DNA from: an uncultured Gemmatimonadales bacterium
GTDB lineage: Bacteria; Gemmatimonadota; Gemmatimonadetes; Gemmatimonadales; GWC2-71-9
Length of the DNA stretch: 64,000 nt
Direction of reading: 5' to 3'
NCBI GenBank assembly: GCA_963842945.1
Contig: CAWJIM010000004.1
Coordinates: 84,441-148,440, forward strand
Shown: in pieces, positions 33,063 to 43,126 of the stretch
Layout: every line of letters starts with the position of its first letter
Position numbering within the stretch: the stretch's first letter is position 1
Notes under the pieces: model-generated
What the model was told of the DNA's origin: nothing
The model's input: the letters and a program-made list of their open reading frames with translations, nothing else
Database searches by the model: none
Made by a program: the position numbers and the translations under genes

Positions 33063-33226
33063 GAGGTCAGGCAGTCAGTCGGGCGGGCGGTCAGTCGGTC
33101 GGTCGGTCGGTCGGTCTCTACAGCGATTGTTACCCGAGCGCAGCGACAGATCCTTCGCTTCGCTCAGGATGACAATATTCGGTCACGCGGCGGGAGCTCC
33201 ACGGGGAAGCTGATCGGCAGGTCATC
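33063..33226. repeat. Composite direct repeat, copy 1 (microsatellite, REP palindrome and heme-binding gene 3' end)
   Basis: Matches 42108-42328: gaggtcaggcagtcagt..., caggatgacaat..ggtcacg.ggcgggagctc..acggggaagctga.cggcag. Confidence 0.8.
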
Positions 33227-34030
33227 GGAAACGGCAGACTCGGCCGCCGCATCCAGGCAATGGGGATGGCCAAAGCCACTGGCGCTGACTCCGCCGCCAT
33301 CGATGTCGTAAATGATGTTGTCGGTGCCGCTGGGTGCGACCCCCGCAGGAACGTTGCTCAGACCGAGATAAAAGCGAGTCTTCCACCCGATAGCGTGGTC
33401 CGCGCACGAGGTATCGCCGCTCACCCCCACGGCCCCGATGAGATTGCCGGCTGCGTCGTAGAGCGGAAACCCGCCGCCGAACACGTTGGTCCCGCCGATG
33501 CGCTTTCCGACCATGTAATCGTCTGGCGTGCCATAGTTCTCGATATTGCCTCCATACGCCACATCTTCATTGATCGGGTTTGCCTCCTGCAGACCGAAGA
33601 GACTTCCGCCGGGCTGCGTCGCCGTATACAGATTGGCGGTAGAGAGCGCCAGACCGCCGAAGCCGAGGTAGGCGGCATCAAGACTGAAATTCATCGCGGT
33701 GTTGGCCTTTTGCGCCGAGATGATCCGGCTCCCCTGCCACTGGTCGCCTTCCCCCGTTCCGCTGTAGACCACCGCGACCACCACGCCCGCCGTATCCACC
33801 ACCGTCGCCCACATGTTCAGGTTGAGGCCGGCGTTTCCGTCGGGGACTCCATCCGCGCTCACCCCGACAGCCTGCAAAAGAGCGGCCTTCAACTGGTCGT
33901 GGGTTACCACCGGCACGGGATCGAAGCTGGGAGGTCCGCTGATGGTATTGTCATCACCACACGCGCCGATTCCCCAAAGCAAAGCCATCGCGCCAATCGC
34001 CGACCGCCACCGACGTCTTCGCGGACCCAT
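33183..34030 (-). CDS. GlcG/HbpS (DUF336) heme-binding lipoprotein
   Basis: Lipobox IGAC; MWATVVD..G, ISAQKANTA, FGGGFPLY..GAVGVSGDTSCAD; the second copy implies the true end is FPVGAPAA* at 33183. Confidence 0.85.
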
Positions 34031-34327
34031 TGGAACCCTCCAATCTTTTGTGAGTGACGAGAAAACAAGAGGGGGCTCTGACTAAGGCACCAACGTAGGA
34101 GCCAGTTCTGACCGGGTCAAGCGAGTCATACCGAAACAGAGGGTAGGTATTCCCGGCTTAGAGACAAAGACGGGCACCAAGTATCTGCAGATACATACGG
34201 CTCTTCGGAGCGCGAGATTGAAGGGGAAAAGACATCGGGCATCACTTTTCGGGATGACCGTAGGCAATCAACACATAGCTTCCGTTAGGAGTCGCGCGGG
34301 CTGCGCCGGCTCACCTCCAAATTAGGC

Positions 34328-34410
34328 TTGATCTATCAGGTCCTGCCCGATCCCGGCGCTGGCGCGCGCCCGTACTTGCGCGTCATAGACGAATCGGGGC
34401 GGACTCCCTA
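34328..34410 (+). pseudogene. Remnant of a small conserved hypothetical gene
   Basis: Reads LIYQVLPDPGAGARPYLRVIDESG, resembling a recalled small family ending RVIDESGEDYLYP; no clear start or RBS. Confidence 0.4.
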
Positions 34411-34442
34411 TGCCATAAGGATGTTTTGCAGGTAAGGGGTGT

Positions 34443-34694
34443 TCAGCCCAGCTCCCGGATCGCTGCCAGCCAGACCTCGGGATCTCCCAAGCGAACCACC
34501 TGGGTCTACGCCCACGTTCTCCAGCACAGGGCCAACAGGGTGAGTCGCTGGGTGTCGTCCCAGAAGAGCTTGCCCTGGTTCATCTCGAATTTCTCTGGCG
34601 TCATTTCCCACCGCTGGTGCGCCTCCTCACCGGTCCAGGCCCGCCCCGTTCGGCCGATGCTCCAGCGAACAAGCACCTGATCATGGTCCGGCAT
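34443..34694 (-). CDS. Small hypothetical protein, frameshifted
   Basis: GGAGG RBS; WEMTPEKFEMNQGKLFW..LLAL / LENVGVD..RLGDPEVWLAAIRELG*. Confidence 0.6.
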
Positions 34695-34721
34695 GCCTTC
34701 CTCCTTCCGTCTGCTCTTAGC

Positions 34722-35105
34722 CTACCTCAGGCCGACCATCATGCCGCCCAAGGCAAGCAGGGTGGTTACCCAAAAGCCGAACATCCACCGCAGGAGTTCG
34801 GTGCGGACCTGCTGAACCTCGGTCCGCATCTGGGCGAAATCTGTGCTGGAGTCAATCCGCGACTGGGCGATCTCCTGCCGAAGCTCGGACCTCAGCTCTA
34901 CCATTGCCTGCCGCAGGTCGGCTCGGAGCTCCGCCAGCCGCTGCTCGAGTTTGGCATCGAAACGAGCGAAGTTGAGCTCGTTCAGCTCCCGCAAGTCCGC
35001 TCGGTACGTCAGGTCCACGGCGTTAAACCAATCCACCAGCTCATTGGCCACGTCCTCGCCCAGCACATCGTAGAATCGCTTGGACAATTTCGCGGTGACC
35101 GGCAC
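34722..35105 (-). CDS. Coiled-coil protein with C-terminal TM anchor (DUF1640/CCDC90-like), paralogue of 15582-15890
   Basis: Identical N-terminus MPVTAKLSKRFYDVLGEDVANELV; stalk 25 aa longer. Confidence 0.7.
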   Translation of the reverse strand: MPVTAKLSKRFYDVLGEDVANELVDWFNAVDLTYRADLRELNELNFARFDAKLEQRLAELRADLRQAMVELRSELRQEIAQSRIDSSTDFAQMRTEVQQVRTELLRWMFGFWVTTLLALGGMMVGLR

Positions 35106-35320
35106 GAATGCTCCTGGGAGGGACCGGCACCATGATAAGCATAAGCCGCAGAATCTCGGGTATCAATAAAACGCGTCCCGGTTCAGCCCGTCCATCACGT
35201 TCACCAGATGGACGATCTGCTCGCCGGTGGCATCCAGCTCGGCACTGGTGCCTACGTGTGCCCGCCGAGCATCTGATCCCTGCTCCATGGTCTGGTCGAA
35301 CCGCTTCATAGCTCGGACAG

Positions 35321-35527
35321 AAAAAGGCCACCCATCACGGGTGGCCCTTGCCTGCTAGCCGTCAGTCTCACCGGGTCGGAGTAGCCGGGTCCTCGAGCAG
35401 AAGTATGGGAAACGAGAAGTGGTGTTCGCTCTGTCCGGCTCGAGCGTCGCAATCGGACGGGAGGTGCCGAGCAGAGACGCTGAAAGGCCGAGGCGGACGA
35501 GGAGGTTCATGGGCCCCGTGCGAGAAG
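35321..35527 (-). pseudogene. Second copy of the hairpin plus small ORF of 14271-14532, with a 52-bp frameshifting deletion
   Basis: Hairpin aaaaaggccacccatcacgggtggccctt; MNLLVRLGLSASLLG..EP then QSEHHFSFPILLLEDPATPTR in a shifted frame. Confidence 0.7.
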
Positions 35528-35770
35528 CCGCCGCCGAGTCTCAAGATTTCAGGCGCCAACCGGCAGCCATGGGTGGTGACACTTGGTACAACGCGCCTGC
35601 GCCGCCGGCCCGGCACCAACGCTGGTCGGGTGTCCCGAATGACCGCAGCTGGGGCAGGGTCCGGGATCGTGAGGGTGCCAGGGGTTGCTGCAAGCCCAGC
35701 GAATCTGACCCGCCGCCGTTTCCCGGACCGGGATCATCGGGTACTGATCGTCGACGCAGTGGGGCACCGC

Positions 35771-36373
35771 TCAGGCCGCGATGCCGAGGTGTTCCAACGC
35801 GCCCTGCACCGACGCGAGGTACTCCTCGGCCCCAACCCGCTCGGGATCGATCATGGCCTGCACCGGATAGCCGATGATCAGGCTGACCGCCACCGCTGCC
35901 AGGCCGGCCGAGCTCCGGCTGCTCTGGCCATTCCCGTTGGAAAACTCCGAGATCAGATCCTGGAATGCGCTCCGGTATCGATCCAGACCGGCACCGATCT
36001 TCTGCCGGATGACGGCATTGTGGCCGCCCCGGGTCCAGAACTCCAGCAGCAGGCGAAGACGGCGCGGCTCCTCCGACAGCCGCTGCAGCTCCTGGCGAAC
36101 CAGCACCTGCAGACGCTCGCGGGGGTTGCGAATGGTGCGGATCTCATTGGGGAGGGTGATCGAGAGGGTGCCCGCGAGCACCCGGTCGAGCAAGGCCAGG
36201 CCCAGCTGGTCCTTCCGCTTGAAGTGGAAGAGGATCAGGCTGTGACTGAGCCGGGCGCGGGTGGCAACGGCCCGCACGGTGAGACCATCGATGCCCCTGC
36301 GCAGCGCCACCTCGTACGAAGCCTCGAGGATCTGCTCTCGTCGGGTGGCTTGAGTTTCCCTCTGCCCTGGCAT
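35771..36373 (-). CDS. TetR family regulator (BetI-like C-terminus)
   Basis: RREQILEASYEVALRRGIDGLTVRAVATRARLSHSLILFHFKRKDQL. Confidence 0.9.
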   Translation of the reverse strand: MPGQRETQATRREQILEASYEVALRRGIDGLTVRAVATRARLSHSLILFHFKRKDQLGLALLDRVLAGTLSITLPNEIRTIRNPRERLQVLVRQELQRLSEEPRRLRLLLEFWTRGGHNAVIRQKIGAGLDRYRSAFQDLISEFSNGNGQSSRSSAGLAAVAVSLIIGYPVQAMIDPERVGAEEYLASVQGALEHLGIAA

Positions 36374-36394
36374 CTGCCGCCTCCAGTGTGGATG

Positions 36395-36448
36395 CTATTG
36401 ACCTGCTGGTTAATAAAGAGTAGTATTTATTAACCGCTTGGTCAATAG
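36395..36448. promoter_or_regulatory. Long AT-rich inverted repeat, probable TetR operator/promoter
   Basis: CTATTGACC-tgct-GGTTAATAAA N8 TTTATTAACC-gctt-GGTCAATAG between divergent genes. Confidence 0.65.
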
Positions 36449-36515
36449 CGCCGGGCCTTTGGCTCCCGCTCGCCGCCAACTCTCTAGTGTGAAGTGCTCA
36501 GGCTTCGCTTCTGTG

Positions 36516-36908
36516 ATGGGAGAGCGGAGCCAACCAGTCGAACCCAAACTGAGGCCTGTCGCAATGACCGCATCGCCCGACACGTTGACCGATCGTATGC
36601 TCGCGCGGGTGAAAGCCGCCCGCCGTGCCGCCGACCAGCGCGCGAGTGCAACCAGGCCCAAGGTAAAGCGGGGGCAGCCGCGGCCGGCCGATCCGGCCTC
36701 GCCCGATATGGAGGAAACCCGGGACACTGAATCGCTCAAACGGGTGTTCCACCAACTGGGAGTCTCTTACCGCCGCTATCGGAAGCAGATCGGAGGCCCG
36801 GTGGTGCCGGGCCTGCGCGATGCCGCCTACAACTTCCGGGCGGAGCCCACCCTCGCGTCGCTGGTCACCGTCGCCGGCTTCCTGGATGAGCTCGAGCTCC
36901 TGGATTAA
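36516..36908 (+). CDS. Hypothetical protein
   Basis: Open ORF ending SLVTVAGFLDELELLD; start uncertain. Confidence 0.55.
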   Translation: MGERSQPVEPKLRPVAMTASPDTLTDRMLARVKAARRAADQRASATRPKVKRGQPRPADPASPDMEETRDTESLKRVFHQLGVSYRRYRKQIGGPVVPGLRDAAYNFRAEPTLASLVTVAGFLDELELLD

Positions 36909-36921
36909 GCGAGGATCCGAA

Positions 36922-37392
36922 ATGCAGAAGCGTTTGGTTGGTGTCCCCGAGCAGAGGAGCGTCACCGAGGAGAGCTGGCTGGATCTCGAGGCCATGGCGC
37001 AGGTGGAGCTGACGTCGGAAGACCCGGCGAGCCCGATCGAGGGGGCCTTGCTCCCGAATGGCCAGTCCGGCTGGCGGGCGGCGGAGCCCGGAAGCCAGAG
37101 CATCCGCCTCATGTTTCACCAGCCGCAGCGACTGCGGAGGATCCGGCTCCGCTTCGATGAACCGGCGGCCGAGCGGACCCAGGAGTTTGCCTTGCGCTGG
37201 TCGCCCGACGGGGGCCGCTCGTCCCAGGACCTGGTGCGGCAGCAATACACCTTCAGTCCCGGGGGCTCAACCAGCGAGGTAGAGGATCTCAATGTCGATC
37301 TTCGCGCAGTCACCTCATTGGAGCTGACCATTATCCCCGATCAGGGACAGGGTCGGGCCCATGCCAGTCTCGCGGAGTGGCGCATCGCCTGA
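36922..37392 (+). CDS. Galactose-binding-domain-like (carbohydrate-binding) protein
   Basis: WLDLE..VELTSEDP..PIE.AL..GWRAAEPG.Q.IRL.F..RTQEF.LRWS..VRQQYTFSP. Confidence 0.7.
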   Translation: MQKRLVGVPEQRSVTEESWLDLEAMAQVELTSEDPASPIEGALLPNGQSGWRAAEPGSQSIRLMFHQPQRLRRIRLRFDEPAAERTQEFALRWSPDGGRSSQDLVRQQYTFSPGGSTSEVEDLNVDLRAVTSLELTIIPDQGQGRAHASLAEWRIA

Positions 37393-37394
37393 GG

Positions 37395-37447
37395 CAGCGG
37401 GGCAGCGGGGCAGCGGGGCAGCGGGGCAGCGGGGCAGCGGGGCAGCG
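37395..37447. repeat. Perfect octamer tandem repeat (CAGCGGGG) x6.6
   Basis: Directly visible; degenerate reverse-complement copy at 16103-16138. Confidence 0.95.
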
Positions 37448-37489
37448 AGATCTCGCTAGCGCTCGACAGATGACTCGCGGGCGATGGAA

Positions 37490-37912
37490 TCAGGTCCTTT
37501 CCGGCGCGCCCGTGTCATGCCCTCCGGTCCGCAGATCGTCCCGGGCACTCTCGGCCAGACGGCAGTAGCCGTCCAGGATCTGGTCGAGCTCATGCTCTTC
37601 CAGTTCCTCCAGATCCAGCAGGGCGTTGTGAGCCCCTGCCGTCGCCCGCAGCAACTCGTCCAACTTGACCTGCACCGCCTCGGCATCCCGGTTCTGAGTG
37701 GCCTGGATGAGGAATACCATCAGGAAGGTGATGACCGTCGTACCGGTATTGATGACGAGCTGCCAGGTATCACTGAAATGAAATAATGGACCGGTCACCA
37801 ACCAGGTGAGAATTACCGCGACGGCGAGAAGGAAGGCGGAGGGCCGGCCAGTCGCCCGTGCCGTGCCCTTGGCAAAGCGGGTGAAGTGGGATCGGCTTCT
37901 GGTTGGGCGCAT
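37490..37912 (-). CDS. Low-affinity iron permease family protein (Fet4-like)
   Basis: TGPLFHFSDTWQLVINTGTTVITFLMVFLIQATQNRD..QVKLDELL. Confidence 0.9.
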   Translation of the reverse strand: MRPTRSRSHFTRFAKGTARATGRPSAFLLAVAVILTWLVTGPLFHFSDTWQLVINTGTTVITFLMVFLIQATQNRDAEAVQVKLDELLRATAGAHNALLDLEELEEHELDQILDGYCRLAESARDDLRTGGHDTGAPERT

Positions 37913-37940
37913 GGGACAGATCCTTACTGAGACCGCAATA

Positions 37941-37975
37941 AACCTACGGCCCGCCAACTGCGCGGGCCGTAAGTT
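37941..37975 (-). terminator. Hairpin downstream of groEL
   Basis: AACCTACGGCCCGC / GCGGGCCGTAAGTT followed by TATT on the minus strand. Confidence 0.6.
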
Positions 37976-37985
37976 CAGCGGGTGT

Positions 37986-39615
37986 TTAGTACATCCCGCC
38001 CATTCCACCGCCCGGCATCGCGGGCGACGGCTTGTCTTCCCTCTTCTCCACCAGCACGCACTCGGTGGTGAGGAGCAGGCCCGCAATCGACGCCGCGTTC
38101 TGTAGCGCGGTGCGGGTGACCTTGGTCGGGTCGATGACCCCGGCCTTGACCAGATCCTCGTAGGTATCGGTCGCGGCGTTGTAGCCGAAGTTCTTGTCCT
38201 TCGATTCCTTGACTCGGCTCACCACGATCGACCCCTCGGCTCCGGCATTCTCCGCGATCAGCCGGATCGGCTCCTCCAGCGCCCGCCGGATGATGGCGAC
38301 GCCGGTCTTCTCATCCTCGGTTCCCTTGATCCGATCCAGCGCGCTCTGGGCCCGGAGCAGCGCGACTCCACCGCCGGGCACAATTCCCTCTTCGACCGCG
38401 GCGCGAGTGGCGTGCAGTGCGTCCTCGACCCGAGCCTTCTTCTCCTTCATCTCGGTCTCGGTGGCCGCGCCGACGTTGATGATGGCCACGCCGCCGGCCA
38501 TCTTGGCCAACCGCTCCTGCAACTTCTCGCGATCGTAGTCGCTGGTGCTCTTCTCGATGGCGCTCCGGAGCTCGGCGATCCGGCCCTGGACTTCCTCCGC
38601 CTTGCCTTTGCCATCGATGATCGTCGTATTGTCCTTGTCGATCACCACCCGTTTGGCGCGGCCGAGATCATTGAGGGTCACGTTCTCCAGCTTGAGGCCC
38701 AGCTCCTCGGAGATGACCTGCCCGCCGGTGAGCACCGCGATGTCGCGGAGCATCTCCTTGCGCCGATCACCGAAGCCCGGTGCCTTGACGGCCACGACCT
38801 TCAGCGTCCCCCGAAGCTTGTTCACCACCAGGGTCGCCAGCGCCTCGCCCTCCACATCCTCGGCGATGAGCAGCATCGGCTTGCCGTTCTGCGCCACCTG
38901 CTCCAGCAGCGGCAGCAGCTCCTTCATCGCGGAGACCTTCTTGTCGTGGATCAGAATGTAGGGATCCTCCAGCACCGCCTCCATCTTCTCCGGGTCGGTC
39001 ACGAAGTAGGGCGACAGATAACCCCGGTCGAACTGGGTCCCGTCCACCGTCTCCAGTGTGGTCTCCAGACCCTTCGCCTCTTCGACGGTGATGACGCCGT
39101 CCTTGCCCACCTTCCCCATCGCCTCCGCGATCAGGTTCCCGATCTCCTTGTCATTGTTCGCGGAGATGGTGCCCACCTGGGTGATTTCCTTCTTGCCGGT
39201 GGAGGCAACCGAGATGCTGCGGAGCTGCTCGACTACGGCCTCTACCGCGCGGTCGATCCCCCGCTTCAGCTCCATCGGGTTGGCGCCCGCGGTCACGTTC
39301 TTGAGGCCCTCGCGGAAGATCGCCTGGGCGAGCACGGTCGCCGTGGTGGTGCCGTCGCCGGCGAGATCGCTGGTCTTGGTGGCGACCTCCTTCAGCATCT
39401 GGGCTCCCAGGTTCTCGATCGGGATCGCTCAGCTCGACTTCCTTGGCCACGGTGACGCCATCCTTGGTCACGGTGGGGGAACCGAATTTCTTATCGATGA
39501 CGACGTTGCGGCCCTTGGGGCCGAGCGTGATCGCGACGGCGTCCGCCAGCTGGTCGATACCCTGCTTCAGCTTGGCGCGTGCCTCGGTACTGAACAGAAG
39601 TTCTTTCGATGCCAT
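37986..39615 (-). CDS. groL: Chaperonin GroEL, frameshift near 39420
   Basis: [62 protein letters not shown] tail. Confidence 0.97.
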
Positions 39616-39644
39616 ATATGCCCTCATTTCCTCAGTAAGCTGCA

Positions 39645-39959
39645 TCAGCCAATCTTGGCCAGAACGTCGGACGCTTTGATGATGATCAGCTCATCACCGC
39701 CGACCTCGTAGGGGGTCCCGCTGTACTTGCCGTAGATCACCTGGTCGCCCTGGTGAATGTCCATCTTTACCCGATCGCCCTTCTCGATCCGCCCGGGTCC
39801 CACGGCGATCACCTCGCCCCGGGTGGGCTTTTCCTTCGCGGTGTCCGGGATGTACAACCCTCCCCGCATCGCTTCCGAATCCTCCAGCGGCAGGATCACG
39901 ACCCGATCCTCGAACGGATGGATCTTGATCCCGGGCCTGGTCTTCATGGCAGTGGCCAT
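39645..39959 (-). CDS. groS: Co-chaperonin GroES
   Basis: [46 protein letters not shown]. Confidence 0.95.
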   Translation of the reverse strand: MATAMKTRPGIKIHPFEDRVVILPLEDSEAMRGGLYIPDTAKEKPTRGEVIAVGPGRIEKGDRVKMDIHQGDQVIYGKYSGTPYEVGGDELIIIKASDVLAKIG

Positions 39960-39999
39960 AGAACTCTCCAATCTGAGCTACGTAATAGGTGACCGGCCG

Positions 40000-40856
40000 T
40001 TACCGAGCCTGAAAGTGGAGTGCATCTCGGAGACTCTGTAACTCCCGGTAGTAGTAGAGCGGCGTCGGCCGCTTGCCGTTGAACTTGAGCCGCTTGAGAA
40101 AGGCGATCTCTTCATCGCTCGCGTTACCCCGGAGCGCCGGGTCGTCCAGGAACTCGTGAAGACCCGGCTCTTCATCGATCTGGTCCGCGGACTTCTTCTC
40201 GACAAACTCGAATCGCTTGACGTGGCCCGAGACGACTCGGTGGTTCAAGACGATGTCGAGGGCAAAGGTCGCGAGGTCGATGCTCCAGGATTCGATCAGC
40301 GGATCGAGGAACGAGACGCAGTGCTCGGCAGAGAGGTGGAAGATGTCGGTGTCGAGGAACTCCAGCACGATCACCCGGGTCTCTTCGTAGCTTCGGTGGC
40401 TCAGCTCCGCCACCATGTGGAGCCAGTGGTCATTCTCCAGCTCCTGCCTTGCCACTCCTTTGACGACGTCGAGCAGCGTCTGGGTGACCAGCCGCTCCAG
40501 CTCGCCGAACGACTCCTTTTCGAAGATGGCGCGGAGGTCCGCCGACTCCTCGGCGGCACATTTCCGGAGGACGAGGTCGCGAACCTCGCGGAACAACGGC
40601 GCCGGGTCCTCCGCCAGCTCCTTCTTGAGCTCCCGCTTCCGCTGCACATCGGCCATCCGCGCCAGCTCTCCGGGGGCAGCTTGAGGAACCGGTCCATCTT
40701 CTCGTAGATGTCGGTCCGGTTGGGGGCCGGTGGCGCCTTGCGCCGGGTCAGCAGCTGGGAGATGTACGACTCGGTGACCTGGGCGGCGCGGGCGAGCTCT
40801 CGCTGCTCCAGGCCGAACTCCTCCAATCGTTGCCGGATGATCAAGGAGACGTCCAC
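40000..40856 (-). CDS. XRE-family HTH regulator with long C-terminal domain, frameshifted
   Basis: IRQRLEEFGLEQRELARAAQVTESYISQLL; C-terminal PTPLYYYRELQSLRD. Confidence 0.8.
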
Positions 40857-40937
40857 AGTGGGTCCTCGGGCTGAGCTGGGGTTGATTAACAGAGTTAAGT
40901 TAATCGGAAGGGCCCCTAGGGGCAAGCCGAAGACTGT

Positions 40938-40984
40938 TACTTGACAAATGTAGTAAAGCAGGCTAAGTTGCTGTCTGTCAAGTA
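40938..40984 (+). promoter_or_regulatory. Sigma70-like promoter bracketed by a 9-bp inverted repeat
   Basis: TTGACA (40941), 17 bp, TAAGTT; TACTTGACA-N29-TGTCAAGTA. Confidence 0.55.
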
Positions 40985-41035
40985 CATCACATAGTGGAGC
41001 CCGCCACTATTCAACCATAGATTCAAGGAGTTCTC

Positions 41036-41350
41036 ATGTATTCACGTCATGTGAGTTGCCATCTCAAGCCGATTAAGCGGGAAGAGTTAACCCAGATGTT
41101 CGACCGGGAGATTCTGCCCCTCTTGCAGAAGCAGAATGGCTTCAATGACGAAGTTCTGTTCGTGGATCAGGATGGCCGGCAGGTACTCGCCATCAGCTTG
41201 TGGGACAGCAAGGAAAGTGCGGAGAACTACAGCCGCGAGACTTACCCCCAGGTGCTCAAGACTCTAGCGAGAGTCATCGAGGGTACGCCGCAGGTCCGTA
41301 ACTACGAGGTTGCTTTCTCGACCGCCCACAAGAACGTCGCCGCCATCTAA
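41036..41350 (+). CDS. ABM-like (dimeric alpha+beta barrel) small protein
   Basis: AAGGAG RBS; ILPLLQKQNGF..ISLWDSKESAENY..PQVRNYEV. Confidence 0.75.
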   Translation: MYSRHVSCHLKPIKREELTQMFDREILPLLQKQNGFNDEVLFVDQDGRQVLAISLWDSKESAENYSRETYPQVLKTLARVIEGTPQVRNYEVAFSTAHKNVAAI

Positions 41351-41421
41351 GAAGCCGGCGAAGGTGTTCGGCCCGGGGGGAGAGCTGCTTGGTGGCTCTC
41401 CCCCTTGGTGTGTCCGGCAGG

Positions 41422-41984
41422 TCACTCCTGCTCTTTGATCCGGCGCAACTCGCGCGCAGCCACCACCAGATCCAGGGTGTGCACCCGCATCGTCCGACTG
41501 GCTTCCAGTGCCTGGGCCAGCCGGCTCAGTCCGGCGTGCGCCAGGACGATCTCCGCTTCGGCGACGCTGGTCAGATCGGTGCTCCGGGTAATCGCGTCGC
41601 GCACGGCGTGATAGAGATCGTCCGCGGTGAACGGCTTGAGCATGACCCGCACCGGAATGTCTGCCGGGGCCGATGTGGGGCACCGCATCGGGATTGGCCG
41701 ACATGCAGAGCACCGCCACACTGGGCCGGTACCGGGCCAGCGTTTCCGACACCTGCCGGCCATCGATGCCCGGCATCGACAGATCGGTCAGCACCAGGTC
41801 GAACGGTTCCTCCCGGCTCTGAATGAGGGCCAATGCTGCCTCGCCGTCGGGGGCGAGCTCGACGTGGAAGCCTTCGGCCTCGAGCCGGCGGCGAACCAGC
41901 TCGCCGCTGGGCGGGCTCGTTCTCCACGACCAGCACGGTGGCTCCGTGCCAGATGGGTCCATGGGGAATGTCGGACGACGCCAT
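41422..41984 (-). CDS. Response regulator receiver protein, frameshifted
   Basis: TVLVVENE, DGEAAL, DLVLTDLSMPGIDG, MSA, LKPF. Confidence 0.8.
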
Positions 41985-42107
41985 ATACCCCCCTGGGAAG
42001 AAGCAGCGTCGCTGTTTGGGGGAAGAGGGATGGGCTGAACTGCCTACTATATAGATAGGAGGTGGGACGCGGCTTTACCACTGAACGTGGGGCAGCTTGC
42101 ATGGCCT

Positions 42108-42328
42108 GAGGTCAGGCAGTCAGTGGCGGGCAGGCGGTCAGGCGGGCGGGCGGTCAGTCGGTCAGTCGGTCTCTGCGCGCTGTCGTCGCTAACGCGCAAG
42201 CCTCAGGGCAGGCTCTGAGCGAAGCGAAGGGGCCGAAGCTTACTGGCACTCCTTCGCAAACCGCCCAGGATGACAATCATTGGTCACGTGGCGGGAGCTC
42301 CCACGGGGAAGCTGACCGGCAGATCACC
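42108..42328. repeat. Composite direct repeat, copy 2; holds the last ~14 codons of a second GlcG/HbpS gene
   Basis: Minus strand DLPVSFPVGAPAT* plus REP and microsatellite, as at 33063-33226. Confidence 0.8.
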
Positions 42329-42816
42329 TCTCCGAGATCCTAAAATTCCTCTCCGAGGACGATGCGGACTTTCTAGCTTCACGGTATCCGACCAGCTGGT
42401 TGCGCGTTTGGGGGTAGCTCCCTGGACTGAGTGGTGTCAATCGAAGGAAATGGCTTCAGTTCGCGGAAGGGGACAGGGTTCTATTCTGCGGACGCGGAAA
42501 GGTGTTCGCTTCGACCTCGCTTCGATATAGAGTCCGCAGTCGGCGACTTGCGGTGACGCTTTGGGGGACAGATGCTGAAGGTAAAACATGGGAGTACATC
42601 TATTTCGTTGGTGAGCTTCGGAATCAAAATATAACCTATACCGAACTAGCAGCAGTCCTTGGCTTTGCGTCCGATTACGTGGTACTCGGTCTCAATCTCC
42701 TGGATGAGGCGAAGAGTCAAGCCGTACTACGGGCCTTTGCCTTGCGGATGATTAATTACAGCCCGACTGTCCGTTTTGAGCAGCTGGACATCGACACCGA
42801 CTTAGGCCGTTCCTGA
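42328..42816 (+). pseudogene. 5'-truncated EVE/PUA-like domain of the type found N-terminal to HNH restriction nucleases
   Basis: Across frames: YPTSWLRVWG/VAPG..RKWLQFAEGDRVLF..VFAS..LWGTDAEGKTWEYIYF; no start codon, no HNH. Confidence 0.5.
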
Positions 42817-42841
42817 TCGCCTTCAACCTGGAAATAGTCAC

Positions 42842-43126
42842 ATGCCTCGTGAAGCAGCTCTCTTCGAAGACTGTGATGGAAGCCCAGTAGAGGATTTTGC
42901 CGTCTGGCGCAAAGATGGCGGCAACATTCCCCCTGCCTGGATCGAGCGATCTCGTGAATCCAGACGGAATCGTCAGCAGGAGCTCGGTCAACTACTTCAT
43001 AGCCGCGGCTCGCTAGACGCAATCACGAATCTGAGGGAATGGGAAATTGCGTTCAGAAAGGAATGTTTCTATTTAGGTTTACGCATTCTTCTCGAGCTTG
43101 AGCGCAAAGGAAGTAGTGAACTATAA
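42842..43126 (+). CDS. Hypothetical protein (94 aa)
   Basis: Open ORF inside the island, no recognised motif. Confidence 0.5.
   Translation: MPREAALFEDCDGSPVEDFAVWRKDGGNIPPAWIERSRESRRNRQQELGQLLHSRGSLDAITNLREWEIAFRKECFYLGLRILLELERKGSSEL

Noticed and set aside
34085..34330. Integron attC site or cassette in a lower-GC patch
   Set aside because: GTTAGG/ATTAGGC are present, but there is no matching RYYYAAC inverse core or L boxes, and no integrase.
37395..37447. CRISPR array, here or at any other repeat cluster
   Set aside because: Units are 7-9 bp without unique spacers, and no cas genes are present.
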